A stretch of 63,986 nt of DNA, filler included, from Circinaria calcarea (Eukaryota): assembly GCA_051942165.1 (NCBI GenBank). It is 6 parts of 6 records of this genome, joined end to end, with 100 filler letters (N's around TTAATTAATTAA, not from the genome) between each part and the next. Parts side by side here need not be neighbours in the genome. Positions count along the whole stretch, not along the records: positions 32,229 to 42,857 come from JAVECS010000782.1; positions 42,958 to 53,585 come from JAVECS010000783.1; 4 more parts are not named here. One strand, 5' to 3'. Position 1 is the first letter of the stretch. Every line of letters starts with the position of its first letter. Below, in pieces: positions 37,645-50,963 of the stretch. The position numbers were made by a program, and so were the translations under genes. The notes under the pieces were generated by a model that saw only the letters and a program-made list of their open reading frames with translations, had not been told where the DNA came from and searched no databases.

Positions 37645-37961
37645 GACCTCAGCATGGTCGAAATGTAGATCGCCAATTCACAAATCATAGACTATAAAGA
37701 CAACGCTCTCGTAGCATACCGAGAATTGAAGCCAAGGCAACGAATACACAAAGTAGCAAACCATTCGTGAGGCTGTGTCCACTGTCGAGTCAGCCCGTGG
37801 GGGCCAAAGATACTGCATAGATAGTCACTTAGAACGACGATGCAGGGTCTTCGCAGATTGAGCCTCATGCCATTGCCCAACTCGAGTGCCAAAACTCCTC
37901 GAATCATCTTCGATGGCGCCATATAACATCCCATTGGCGAGCTCTTTTCCAAGTACCAAGC

Positions 37962-38000
37962 CTCTCTCTCTGCCTCTCTCTCTCTCTCTCTCTCTCTCTC
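37962..38000. repeat. (CT)n microsatellite between the divergent NLR and beta-CA genes
   Basis: Directly visible CT dinucleotide run with one interruption. Confidence 0.95.
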
Positions 38001-38324
38001 GCAATGGGGATCCTGAAAACAGCACATCTATACCTACCTACCCCTCCCGCCCACTGCCCTCCCCACTCCCCTCACCACTTCCATAGAAAGGTTCTGTCCG
38101 TCTGTGATAAACAAACCACGTACTTACCGTACCTTATTTAAAGGACACCAGTATCATATCACTGACCAAGGAAAACATCCCCACACCGCGCATTTCTGCA
38201 GCAAACAGACTCCTTCCTGGGCCCCACTTGTTCAAAACTAGATAGACCCAACTCATTTATCACTTGTTAGGACTATTATACATATTACTCGAACAACCCT
38301 CCCCCCGCCTCAAAAAAATAAGCC

Positions 38325-38930
38325 ATGGCGACCACGATCCAGCAAAACCTGATGGAGAAAAACCGAGCCTACGCCTCCACCTTCTCGCACGGCGACCTCC
38401 AACTACCACCCGCCAAGAAATATGTAGTCGGCAAGTTTAACCTCTAAATATATCTATTCTAATATACATAGCCCTAGCTCCAGCAAATACCCCTTGCGCT
38501 AACATTTGATACGAACAACATCACAGTAACCTGCATGAACGCGCGCATCGATCCATGTTCCGCCTTTGGGATATCCCTCGGCGATGCCCACGTCATCCGC
38601 AACGCCGGCGGATCCGTCCGAGACGGCCTGCGCTCCCTCGTGATATCCGAACAACTCCTCGGCACAGATGAGATTTTGGTGATCAAGCACACCGGGTGCG
38701 GGATGTTGACATTCCGGAACGAAGACGCATACGCTGTGGTGGAGAAGAATCTGGGAGCAGAAGGCAAGAAAGAGCTCGCGGGTTTGGATTTCCAACCGTT
38801 TCCGGACTTGGAGAAGGCGGTCGAGGATGATGTGGCATTCTTGAAGGCAAGCAAGGTTATTCCGGATAGCGTCAGGATTAGTGGTTGGGTATATGAGGTA
38901 GAGACTGGGAAGGTGAAGTCGGTTGTTTGA
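38325..38930 (+). CDS. Beta-class carbonic anhydrase (clade D / Cab-type); GC-AG intron 38431-38526
   Basis: GDLQLPPAKKYVV|VTCMNARIDP, GDAHVIRNAGG, SLVISEQLLGT, KHTGCGM and SGWVYEVETGK. Confidence 0.92.
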
Positions 38931-39049
38931 CTGTGTAATCGATGACCAGGCACGCATTGGCTCTGCGAGCAAAACCATATCAAATAAATTAATGATACCT
39001 GGTGCGTTGTGTAATCCGATGTAACCCGCCACGCCATGATCTCACCCAA

Positions 39050-40606
39050 TCATACCGCAAGCCCGAGGGCTTCCTTCTCTTTTGCCTCTTGACTGCAATT
39101 CGGACATTCTCCCTGGCCACATTTGAATCCGCCTTCGCATTTGTCTTCTCCCTTCTGTGGCCACAGTATCTGTTTCTTGATGATGGCTCGAATCATCATT
39201 CCAACCACCAGCAGATAGACTACGATTAGCAGACAGCAGAAGACACAGCCGATGATCTTGATCACAATAGAATCAAAGGCGTTTCCGATGGCAAATGTCG
39301 ATGTAGCCAAGGCGGTGTTTGGGAATATGAATGAGAACCAGGTCATGGCAAACTGCGGTCCTCCATGTCCAAAACAAGACACGTGAGCACCAACGGAAAC
39401 AATGAAAAACCAAATTGCAAGACTAGACCATGTTAGCCCGCGAAGAACCTACGGAGCAAATGTGTAGACTTACCCCCATAACCATAATGCCGCCCAGTCA
39501 GCCACAACCCTGATTATCATTCCAGCAAGCGGACCATTGCCCATAAAGCTGGCAGGTAAAGCTCTTCCGGCGTTGGCTGCTATGTTAACCATTGCGGCAG
39601 CTGTAAATGCGGCAGGTCCAACAGAGACAAACATCGCTGGCCTTATGTTTGCCGGAGGTAGTTTTTGTGTCATCAATCTGTATATAAATGCCGAGTATAT
39701 CGTCAAGGCTACAAGAAATCCAATTCCTTGAAACGTGAAGCCACCCACGACAATTGGCAGAGCCCTTGTAGGATCAAGGACAGCAACAAGGGCCCCGGCG
39801 TGCGGTCCAAGAATCAATAAAGGATAGGCAGGAAATATCCAAACCGGAGTCATTTGGGCGATTGTGAAAGTCTGAGTGGACCACCTATATCATGTTAGTG
39901 ACAAGGAAACTGTCTTCGTAGCTCCTTACGTACATCAGAAGATAGATACCACTCGAGGTCACGACAGCATTCGTTGCGTTTAACCAGAATAGGAAAGTTA
40001 CGACGGAGCTTAGCCACGGACCAGTATTGCCTAAACCGTACTGCGTGATGTTGATGAATATAAAGCCAAGAGACACAACGGCAGCTGGGATGAACAAAGA
40101 TTCCGTCGGGTGAAGGAAGGACTTTCTGAAGGTTGAGGGAAAGAGATAGAAGCGTGTGGATATCAATGAAGTGAGGACTAGGAAAAGTACCATGTTGAAG
40201 ATAAAGACGGCGGTGCCGATTGATTGCAGAGCAGGAAAGCGAAGGGGCACTGTGATGGCTCATGTTAGATTGGGAAAGATGGTCCAGACGCCGAATCAAA
40301 CACACCTTGACGAAGCATGTTTGCAATACCTCCTGTTGCCATTGTGAGTGTAAAGTACGTCCATGTAAAGTGCCTAATTCTCTGCTTGAAGGACAGCCTC
40401 CCCAGTTTCTCGGTAAGGCTTTTATGGGTTCGGTTCTGGCCAGAGGAGCGGGCATTTCGGATGGCTGATGCGAGCAGGCGTGAGTGATGGTAATACTCGT
40501 AAGATATCCTTTCAAAGTGCTCATAGTCCTCGATAGTCGGAGTGCGGTAGCCCTCTTGGCCAGAAGATAGCAAATGCCGCGGGATGGACTCGGATGCAAA
40601 AGGCAT
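39050..40606 (-). CDS. TDT/SLAC1-family C4-dicarboxylate (malic acid) transporter, Mae1-like; multi-exon
   Basis: [49 protein letters not shown] and [12 protein letters not shown]. Confidence 0.9.
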
Positions 40607-42089
40607 ATTGCCAGAATGAATGTACTAAAAGGCTCTCTCTACCAGAGAGGAGATAGCGAGGGTTGCTTGCTGGTCACGAAAAGGGTCAAGGTGGTGGCCA
40701 CTTGGTATGCTCGGTATGTACGTCACGCATAGATGCTGCAGAAAGCAGGTCAAGAAAAAGTAAAGAATGCATGGTGGTGGAGATGGGATGGCAGAATTAT
40801 AGGGTGGTAGATTTGTGTACAAAAAAGACGTCTAGAGAGAAAATGGATCCCGTATCAGCAAGCTCAGCCGGAAGCCGGAAAACTGGGGGCGGTAGAACGG
40901 AGAAACCCGTTGTAAGACAGTAAGATTGGTATGTTTCGATGCCTGTAGTGGTCGTCGAGGAGATCCAATTCGTGAGATGACACTGCTGCTGAGGTGCGTA
41001 GTTTTCTTCCATGTCCCAATATGGACTATCATGTAAGCCAGGGGTCTCTGGCGGGGCTGGAATTGCGTCCTCCTCCTCTGTAACCCTAATAATACAGTTG
41101 CATCCATCAGTTCTAATACCTGGCCCCCTCTTTGAGATAAGCTTGACTCTGGACTTCAAATGGCAACCCGTGTTCTGTGTAAATGCGCAGCACTTGGCAT
41201 CAGTTCTATCTTCAACGCGCCGCTCCGACTTCATCCAGAGTCCTAATGCGACAGAACTTATTCTCGCGGCTGAAGTCCATCTTTGTATCTCTTCGCTCCC
41301 ATCAGGTACCAGCGAGGTGGATCCATGCGCCAAATGTAACAGTGGACGAAAGGCTGGGTTTGAGATGGCCTTGCCACACTGGTTCACTGATACCCACGGG
41401 GACCCGGGATAGTGGGAAGGCAGCTGGTTTGATGGATTGGAAAGTCGGTATTTCAGTTCCGTATGGAGTCTGCTTGCTCTACGGTAGCATTTCCTCTGAA
41501 GAAGGTCAAAAGATTCAGGGGTCGTTGCGCTTGTGCAGATTAAGGTACTACCCGCCGCCGTTACTAAGGTCGGGAGGCGTTCGGGAGGCGTTCGGAGCTG
41601 TACCTCTTTCGATTGCGACGTTGCACTAGGCCTTCCCGTTTCAACAGATGGTAATGGGATTGCTGTGACTGTAACGGTCATTGCATATGGCATGTGCTCT
41701 TACGGGCTATGCACAAGTTCAGCTTTTCCCGTGATAGGTTCTAACCCTGCCCCCTGATCTATACCAAGCCGGGGGGAAGATGGATACCGGCGTAACCTAA
41801 AGACTTTGCTTACCGCACATGGTTGGTACATCAAGCGGAGCGAATCACTTTCCCCGCACAACTTGCAAATGTGGTAAGAAAGCCGTTGCATCTATCAGGG
41901 TTCATGATAATGCCTCGTGTCTGACCCGTCATCATCGACCAAATCCAGACATTGAATAAGCACCGACGCCTACCGATGCCGCATTGCGCAATGGATGGAG
42001 ATAGGCGAATACGACCTCGTGGCTCTGAGACCAGAGAGCTAGCATTCATGGAGTGAGCGTACCCGTCACGGATATACCGGCTACTACGC

Positions 42090-42857
42090 TTAGATCTTCC
42101 GCTTCAGCAGCCCTTTGAAGAAGTCAAAACTGTTGCTGTCGCTTTGCAGTTGTACCATTCGTCCTGTTCCTCTGTCCTCCCACCCCAACTCCTCAGCTAC
42201 AAGTAAGCCCCAGTCGCGTGTTATGCCTTTGATCCTCGCCTTGATGCCTCCTTCCGTTTCGAGAGTTACAATCTGATCCGTGTGCAACCAATGACTGTAG
42301 TACATCTCTTCAAAGTACTTGTCAAACCCTGTTGTCTTGAAACGTGCATACAGGGAGGAGAATGAGGTGAGAACTCGGGCGAGGAGCTTTTCGAGAGTGA
42401 ATGCTGGCAAATGATCCGGGAGAAGAGCGTTGAGAGACGTTGTGGGTAGAGGATTAATGGTATTGAGCCCGATGCCAATGACGGAGAAGAACTCGGTGTT
42501 CTGGTAATGTGAGTTTACGAGAATGCCCCCAATCTTGACATACGCTTTTGCGGAAGCGGGTTGGCTAGGATCGAGTGCATCTGAAACAGGAAAGGGATTA
42601 GTAGACGTACTACGTTGGACTCGGGGTGAAAAAGATGGAAACGCACAAATATCGTTAGGCCACTTGAGCTTGACGGGTAAGGTCTGGTATCCCTTGTCAT
42701 ATGACTTGACGCCCTCCACAATGGCCAACGCGGCAAGATATTGAAGGAAAACCACCGGGGCATTGGGCGAGCGGGACAAGTCGTGACGGACCAAAACCGA
42801 GAAGAGTAAAGAACCTGCCGGCGATACCCAGACGTTGGATCCTCGACCCCGACCAGC
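42090..42857 (-). CDS. BPL1: 3' end of biotin-protein ligase (holocarboxylase synthetase), 5'-truncated
   Basis: AGRGRGSNVWVSPAGSLLFS, KLKWPNDI, KIGGILVN and LQSDSNSFDFFKGL. Confidence 0.93.
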   Translation of the reverse strand, partial: AGRGRGSNVWVSPAGSLLFSVLVRHDLSRSPNAPVVFLQYLAALAIVEGVKSYDKGYQTLPVKLKWPNDICAFPSFSPRVQRSTSTNPFPVSDALDPSQPASAKAYVKIGGILVNSHYQNTEFFSVIGIGLNTINPLPTTSLNALLPDHLPAFTLEKLLARVLTSFSSLYARFKTTGFDKYFEEMYYSHWLHTDQIVTLETEGGIKARIKGITRDWGLLVAEELGWEDRGTGRMVQLQSDSNSFDFFKGLLKRKI

Positions 42858-42957
42858 NNNNNNNNNNNNNNNNNNNNNNNNNNNNNNNNNNNNNNNNNNN
42901 NTTAATTAATTAANNNNNNNNNNNNNNNNNNNNNNNNNNNNNNNNNNNNNNNNNNNN
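42858..42957. other. Artificial contig linker
   Basis: Same 100-bp spacer. Confidence 0.99.
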
Positions 42958-43234
42958 GCGGTGGAGCCCGATCCAGAGCGTGGAGAAGATTTTGCTGTCC
43001 GTGATGAGTATGCTGGCGGAGCCGAATGATGAGAGTCCGGCGCATGTCGAGGCGGCCAAGTGTTGGCGGGAGAGGAAAGGGGAGGGTGACGAAAAGGGTT
43101 ACCGGTTGAAAGAACCGAGAGCAAGAACAAAAAATAAGGAGTTTGGGCAGCGAGGGGGGAAGGACGGCACTTTACGGAATACGTTTGCGGAAAGCACACT
43201 GGCTGGGCGCTTGCGCGTGTGGGAGGTACTTTAA
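42958..43234 (+). CDS. UBC7: 3' end of ubiquitin-conjugating enzyme E2 (Ubc7-like), 5'-truncated; true C-terminus uncertain
   Basis: [38 protein letters not shown]. Confidence 0.8.
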
Positions 43235-43551
43235 TAAGGAATCTAAATATTGTCATGGTCACGGTGATGGGTTCCATTCAATCTAGCCGGAGAAATCCTT
43301 ATCCGCTACGTACTGATATCCTATATACACATCTACCAGCTATCTTTTGGCGAAAAAATCTCGAATTCCGAAAATTCCGAAAACTGTTTATTCTAGATGA
43401 TCCGAAAATGCCCAACACCACCCCATTCCCCTTACTTCGGTCGCGGGCCTTTAGAGTTCCAGCAGACATTCTCTACCCGACACCACCCGGGGACACTTCT
43501 GCTCAGAAAAAAGGGATTTTGCTGTACCGCTCTACCAGGTGCCCCTTTGAC

Positions 43552-45236
43552 TCAAAACCAGTCACCAATATCGAATCCTCCACCCACATCGCCACCGCCT
43601 CCACCTGCATCGGCGCCATCAGGCCCACCGCCACCCGGTTTATTAGAATCTCCTCCCCAGGGATTACATTCTTCACCCCACACGTCTTCCCCTTGTCCAG
43701 ACGATGAACGACTATCCGGCGGCGTTGCTTGACCCGCTCCGTAATCTGGTCCATTCGCAGTGGGTGATGCGTCATCTCCACCTCTACCTCTCTGCATCGC
43801 GTCGTACCCAGCAACGGACCCAGCCCCAATCACAGCTCCTTCGCCTAATCCACCAGCGCCAGCACCTCTAGCTACGCCGCCCACAGCACCGGCAGTTCCC
43901 GCTTCGACTTCACCAGCAGCAGCTCCTGCCACAGCCTCTCCTCCCACGGGGAACCAGAGGGGCATGAACCCTGTCAGAGCTCCAGTTCTTTGACGGCTAA
44001 AGTAATCGAAATCCACGCTTACGGCTGTCGCCAGCATAACGGCGCGTTGATCGAGTGACATTCCGGCTGTCGGGGTCTCGTATGCGCTTGAACTGGTCTG
44101 TCCTGTCTTGGAAATGAGATGGCGTGGTTCTGCTGCGGGTCCTGCGGCATCCATACGTAAAGCGTAAACACCCGTGTCGGTGAATATCTCTCGACCGAAT
44201 CCGGCGAAATTACGGTTTACGGAACCTATGAGTTTGGAGTCGGCTGAAAGAAGAGAAAAGTCCCATGATAAAAGGGGTTCGTCCATGTATGCAAACTGGT
44301 CGTACTGACCATGGGCGGAATCAGATGAGGCGGGGGTTACCTGTAGCTGTTTCGAGTTGGAAATCGCAAGATCGGCCGGTGCCAGGTGTAAAGCATTAGG
44401 GGTAGCTTCTTGTTGCCCTGACCGGTGAAGGAAGAGGTTATACTTCCGGCGCCATGCGTGCCAATACTGTTGCGCTTCACCAATAATCCGCATTTCGGAC
44501 AACGCGAGTGGAGAGACCTGCGTGGTATTTTGGCTGACGTCGGTACTTAGCGACCTCGGTGCAGTTGTGTGGAGGTCAGTTCTAGATGAGGGTGCACTGG
44601 TGGCAACTTCTAAAGGATCGTAGACCCGGATACGCGAGGAGATGTAGGCAAATGGTCGGTGAAACTATATACATCAGCACCGCGGTCTACAATCCTAGGT
44701 CAGCTCCGACCTACTCGTAAGACTTCTTTCCCACGTTTATCAAAGACATGGGTGGTAAAGCTCCGATGCGTCTTGAACATCTGCCTCGCCAAGATATTGC
44801 CTGTGCCGAGCTCCTGCTCTGCCATGTATCCCAGGTGATTACCCTGAGGATCCATGATAATATATCTGTTGGCCTGCTCGAACCCAATCATGATGTTCAT
44901 CATCTCTAGCTCCCTCTGCACCACAATCGCCGAGTTCGCCAGGATGGTCGCCGCCGGATGCTTCTCGTTGAGGACGCCATCGGGGTCTTCAGGAATGTGC
45001 ACGGGAACGAGGAGGCTGTTGTCTTGGTGTTTGGTATGCTTGAGAGCATCGGATACGGCATTGGAAGTTGAAGAGGCCCTGAGCGCTCGCGGAGAGGATT
45101 TCGGGGGATTTGTTGGTGAACGTTGATGGGGAGGTTTGCGAAGACTTCGATGGGCGCGTGAGGAAAAGCCGGCTCGAGGGAAGGCTTCTAGGGATGCGCG
45201 GCCTTGCCGTCGAATCGTTGCAGACAAGGCTTGCAT
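43552..45236 (-). CDS. Phospholipid scramblase family protein (Aim25-like); intron about 44667-44717; start uncertain (possible short upstream exon near 45298)
   Basis: VVQRELEMMNIMIGFEQANRY, RQMFKTHRSF, IGEAQQYWHAWRRKYNLF, REIFTDTGVY and RAVMLATAVSVDFDYFSR. Confidence 0.9.
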
Positions 45237-47778
45237 CTTGTCCGATGAGCACGACTCGGATCCTACTTACCCTTCAACGCCCATTCAACGCTAGACATCG
45301 ACTCTAGTCCCGATTTGTTTAATTTACTTGCGGACCGTAGTTCCCACTAGTAACAGGCGTAAAGCTCCCTGAATCTACCACAGTAAGGCTTATCACAATT
45401 TTAGGGCCTTTGCTAGGCAAGCAACTACGGTGGGGAAAATCAGTAATTAACCACTTTTTGGTTCAAGCGCGTTGAGGGAAATGACGTTAATAAAGCGCGC
45501 GCGTGTTTTGTTTTATATAAGCATTACGGAGTACACACATAGCAATTTCGTAGCCGTATTGCGCATATGTTTTTGAAAACGCAAGTGCTCTCCCTATAAC
45601 GCTCTTCTTTCTCAGGCGGCTTTCCCCCTAGCCCCTTAATAATACATTATGCATGCTTATTGCTTTCCACATATTACAAGCGCCGAAGCAGCTCCCCTAT
45701 GCATGGCCGCCCCCTTCTGTTTGAATAAGCCGTGGAGGAAAGATATCTCGGATAGAAAACAAGATTTCACCATTGATATGGTTTGGAGATTGCCACCCAA
45801 TGGGCTTTTTAGATCAGATTGGGTTATTACTACATGACAAGAAAGCTTCTATACAGGGCTAAAGCTAAAGAAAAATTGAGTGATACCGCCCGCTCATAAT
45901 AGCGTTGGCATTCCCTGTTGTCATTGGGTAAGCCCTAGGCTGGCCCCGATGGCTTATGACTATATATGCTCATTGCTTTCCATATACTACTAGCGAATAC
46001 ATTTATCATGCAACTAGAACCGTGCTATCACTATTCAATACCGATCTACGGCGTATCGTCTCTTTGCCTCGTTTCTCTCAGAGAGTTTGTCCTCGTGGCG
46101 TCCGGCGTAGCCATTTTTCCACCGCGTCCTTCGTAAAGGATACCTCTCTCGGGCTGCTTCGGAGTCATATATCTAATCAATTTCATCATCCCAAAGTAGA
46201 ATCACGCTTGATAGTAAGATTCTCCAGGCATCTAAGAAAGAAATGTTGCCACCTTCGACTAATTTCTCCGATATACTCGCAATTTCCAAACATGTCCAGC
46301 AAACCTATCCACCGCCAACCTATCCACCGCCAACCCCCACCCTCCAAACCCACCTACTTCGCAACAAAAGCCGGAACCAAATCTAGACATTATTTATCAC
46401 AACATGCACGCCGGCTCGGATTTTCGCACCTTTCGCGCCGGGAGCGATGGGCACGTAGTGGCCGAGCTGTTGAAGTGCGCAAAGAGCGTCAAGGAATGGG
46501 TACTACAAGGTCATCAGCATCAGCGCTAGTAGGCACTCGTTTGTTGTCGTGATGACAACGGGGCTGTCGAGGGAGGCGCTTAGGGAAAAGGGATTTCCCT
46601 TCCCGATTCCGAGCATCGATAGGGAGGCGGTGGAAGTTGAGGGTGGGCGGACAGGCCATTAAGAATAAAAATTAGCGCCAGCACCTGTCATGTTTAATTC
46701 TTTCTTGTATTACTCAGCTTAATCTAGCCTTGAATAGCGTTCGGCGTTCCAATACGATCCAGCAGGTCAGTAAAGCATGAAAAATATTGGTACTAATTAA
46801 CAAACTTACAGCCGTAAGTCCAGCGGCCCCTTTCCCTGAAGGCAGATATGCAATGCACTAACATATGAATAGCGCCGCAGCGAACATCAGCCACATACAA
46901 GGTACACGGATTCATATCCAGACACCCTCAGTATCCTGCAACCAGATCGAGGTGAATCTCATTATGCTGCCGTAGCCCGGGTATTCAAAGCACACGGGCT
47001 TTCACAGATTAGACAGAGTAGCATTTATGCCACGGGGAGCAGTGGTGCCAGTGTCGTCATCTCGAGAAATCGACTACAATTACATACAGAGAGAACGAAG
47101 GAATGCCTGGATGGTTTGGAAAGAAAGCCTCACTCTTGGATACATAGACTCGTTTTCCAACGAGTTTCTCTGTGCATATTAGTAACGAGTGCAGTTTTCT
47201 AGCGCATGAAAAACGAAAGCACATGCTCAACGTAGAGCTCGGCCAGGGTTTAGCTAGGAGCCAATCCAAACCCTACTCCGTGCCAAGGGAGGGTAATAAA
47301 CTGCAAGGGCAAACTCTTTAATCCTATATATTCCCAACCTTAGAATATCCGACCTTGAAACAACAAAGAACAAGACAAGAAACGGATATTTGCAACCCTA
47401 CCCCACGGCCATCCTAAGCCTAGATCCATCATCCATTTCCCTTAGAGCTTCCCTGCAAATACCAAAGTAACGAAGAACGTCTAGAAGCTAAACGTATTCC
47501 TAACCGTATAGAGGTAACTTGGAGCTCGAAACAGATGTTGCAAAAGTCTCAAGTCAGGGCTGTACTTTTACTCCGTCGGCGATGCATTTCAGAGTCTCCA
47601 TTCTTGCCCCCATCCCACAAAAGCAACTATTTCTATTTTGGCCATACCGACCTTTTGACCTTTTCTCATACGTCCAATCCAACCAGCCCATCATTTGACC
47701 CTACAAACTCGCCTGGATCAGCCCCTCACTCCCATGCCATGTCGGAAACCCCTCGCTCTGTCCCTGCCTCTCTTTCGA

Positions 47779-49931
47779 TCATCCCAATCCCAATTCATGG
47801 ATAATGATATCAGCTGCTTTCTCGCCGATCATTAAGGCGGTATTATTAGTATTTGCGGCTACATTTTGGGGGGGGATAGAGAGATCTAGATTCTCGATTA
47901 GCCTGGCTTCATGTAAAATCACGGACTGTGAACCAGAATATCTTACCAGCAACCTTCAACGCTTTTGTCCCGTAAACGTTAAGACTCGGGTCTACCACAC
48001 CACCTTCCTCCCTTGGCGCCATCTTGCAAGTCCCTAGACTATGCCACGCCGTAGTCACATTCTCCCGGACCCACTGCTCAATCACCTTATCATCCTCCTC
48101 ACTATACTCAATCTCCGGAACGGCCTTCCTTTCCTCTACATCTTTGAAGCCCCCTTGCTTAATCGGCCCGTCGGATATTGCGGCTTTGCTGTCGGCCGCA
48201 AAATGCGGGTGCCCAAGGGCCAGTTCACCTTGGTAGGCATTCGTGCGGCGGTAGATTTCGCGCTGTTTCTTGTAGGCCCATATGTGCTTGGTAACGTCGG
48301 CCGGGTTGGAGAAGAAACCAGTGTTGAAAGAGGCCGGAACGGTAGCGGAGGGGGATACAATATGAATGGAGCCACGGGAGTAGGGGTAAGCAGTGTATGT
48401 TCCTACGGATATGTACTGCTGTGTCTCGGAAGGGGAAAGGATGGAATTATCACCTAGGAATCTATGTGATGTTAATAACATTGACCTTAAGAAATTGATG
48501 GAAGTGGCGGGGTATGCGAGCTCACGCGTTTACCGTAGCCAATAGCATCAATGGTCGTTCGGGCTTGGAAGCAAAGTCACGGTCCCAGAGGGTTTGGAAT
48601 TCAGGGCCCAATGCGGAGACTTCTGCGTGAGAAGGCCGTATTTTGGCGGCGGCGTCAACACCGTTCCAGCCCAAGATAGGATTTTTTTCTTCCAAAGCTT
48701 TAGTGAATTCGAGGCGCCCACTCCAGATTTCGTCAAGCGTCTCTTGACGCTCGAGATTCGTTTTATAAGGGTACACCATCAGATGATGGTCCTGATAGTT
48801 CTCGCCCACACCTGGTAGATCAGATATCACAGGGATGTTCAATCTCTCCAAGAGCTCCTTGTTACCGACTCCCGAACGCTCAAGTATAGAAGGCGTTCCG
48901 AGGGCGCCAGAAGATACGATAACAAGCTTCTTTGCTTTGATGATGCTATGACGGGGTTTGCTGAGGTTGGTGACAGGTTGCGAGGATGTAGTGGGTTCGC
49001 ATTCTACGCCATTGGCGCGGTTGGAGGGGTCGAATAGAACCCTAACAACTTTTGTGGAGAGAAGGAGATGAAGGTTGGGATACTTCCCAGACGCCATCAA
49101 AGGGTGAATGAAGCGGTGGGCAGCGTCCTGGCGTTTTCCATCAGTGCCAACATAACGGGCAGAGCGCTATCGGCCGGCAATCAGCACACTAAAGGAGCAA
49201 GTGAGAGGCAGTGGGTGTGACGCACGGTGAAGCCTCCACAAGATTTGAAGTCTTGCAGATCCACGATCGCAGGTTCACCTTGCGATGCTGCAGCCGCCAA
49301 GATATCGTCCTCCACATTTCTACCTGCTGGACAATTACGAGTGATATTGATCGGACCATCATGCCCGTGGACACTTTGATCGATGGATGGATGATCTGGA
49401 TGGTATGTTTCGAGCTGTCACCCGTGTCAGTTTCCTGATCTCAATATCGGTGTTGATGAGAAGCTACTACCTTCTTCAGATAAGGTAGTAGACTTTCAAA
49501 GTCCCACCCTTTGGTTCTCCAGCTATTGAAGTCACAAAACTGTGCTCGAGTATACATCATAAAGTTAACTGAACTTCCTCCTCCTAGGATGCCTCCAGCG
49601 GCTACGATTGTTTCACGACCTGCCACATCCTGATTTGCGTTGGCTTTATAGAAGAGTGCAGTCTGCGAGTCAGGAATAAGATGGGCAACGAACATGGCGG
49701 GGTTCGTCACGAGGGGATCATCGAGGTTGCTTTTCCCGCCCTCGATGATGAGGATGGAGAGGTAGGGATCTGCCAGGGCCAGTCGCCCAGCAATCACGCA
49801 GGCAGCCGTTCCGCCTATGGCAAGACATCAATATGAGCCTACAGGATAGGCTGAGGTAATGCCTCATAGGAAGTTGAAGTACCCCCTGCCAGTATTATAT
49901 CGTACTCCTCGCCATCTCCATGCATCGCCAT
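47779..49931 (-). CDS. GMC oxidoreductase (alcohol oxidase-like), multi-exon
   Basis: YDIILAGG|GTAACVIAGRLA, GGILGGGSSVNFMMYTRA, LPGVGENYQDH, YPYSRGSIHI, TTAWHSLGTCKM and NVAANTNNTALMIGEKAA. Confidence 0.93.
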
Positions 49932-50544
49932 TGTGATAAACTCACTGCTGGGGGATGAAAGAGCAAAGCCGGATTGGGTGGCGTGGTAGGATAAAAGCTC
50001 GTCCAAAAGTGTCCACAATGACCGCAAGGAGAAGTAGAGGTATGTTGATGGCCCCGGGGTATTTTTTACCACATCTTAGAGAAGGACGAGCATCCAAACC
50101 AGAGAGAAGCCGACGTAAGTGCTTATACAAAGATCGGGATGGACGCTGACATTAGTAAGCTTCTGAGTAAGGTGAAGCTGAAATACGATGCAGCGTACAA
50201 AAGGAGATAGTGGGATGCCGATTACTGCAGATGGATCCACCCCGACGGGTTCCTGGACCGAATCCGGATTCATTCGCAAAGACCAACACGGCCTACCAAC
50301 GGTCACGTGAAGCGATTGTGAGCTTTCCGATTTGCGGAAGCCGATTCAGCTTGAAGATGCGCAGGAGGTGGATGTGGGGTGAAACCGGCCGATTGCACAC
50401 TTGGGAAGGCGGGGTCCTCGTAAAGATGCGGGGAAATTCCGCATAGTCATACAGGTTCCCACGAGTGCAGACAATAGGAGCATGGGGACACAGTGAGCAT
50501 TGGTTCAGCAGCTGAGTGGGCTTTTGGCGAATAGAGTTCCATCT

Positions 50545-50963
50545 TTAGATTAAAGCTTTGCGTGCCAACTCGATCTTCCTCGCAGCCTCCCCGAGCTTAT
50601 AGCCTCCTTTTGATACGCAGATTGCGCTACCCTCTCCCAGTTCAACTTTGTCTTCGACGGCAGGAAAGGGGCAAGGACAGTGGTGTGGAAAATGGACGCA
50701 TGCAAGTGTTCCAGGACAGAGGTAGTGGTCGCAGTGGGCTGATGCATCAGGTCAGCTATCAAAAAGCGACCAATCATTACGGAAGCAGTCATACCTGCTT
50801 CATAGGTCCGCTGGTACCATTCGGAATCACTGGCAACGTTTTGCGGTTGCTGATGCTGCTGCTGATGTTGCTGGCCAGGAAACATTTGCTCGAAGAACTG
50901 GAACTGGGCTTGCGCGAACCCGACGAATGGGCAGGCAAGTGATAAGAGGATGAGGAACTGCAT
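50545..50963 (-). CDS. LCL2: Long chronological lifespan protein 2 homologue; one intron
   Basis: Signal peptide, then [36 protein letters not shown] and ICVSKGG...RKIELARK. Confidence 0.9.

Noticed and set aside
40797..41693. 298-aa minus-strand ORF upstream of the transporter
   Set aside because: No recognisable motif, and overlapping ORFs on both strands; probably chance or long 5' regulatory sequence. Not excluded without expression data.
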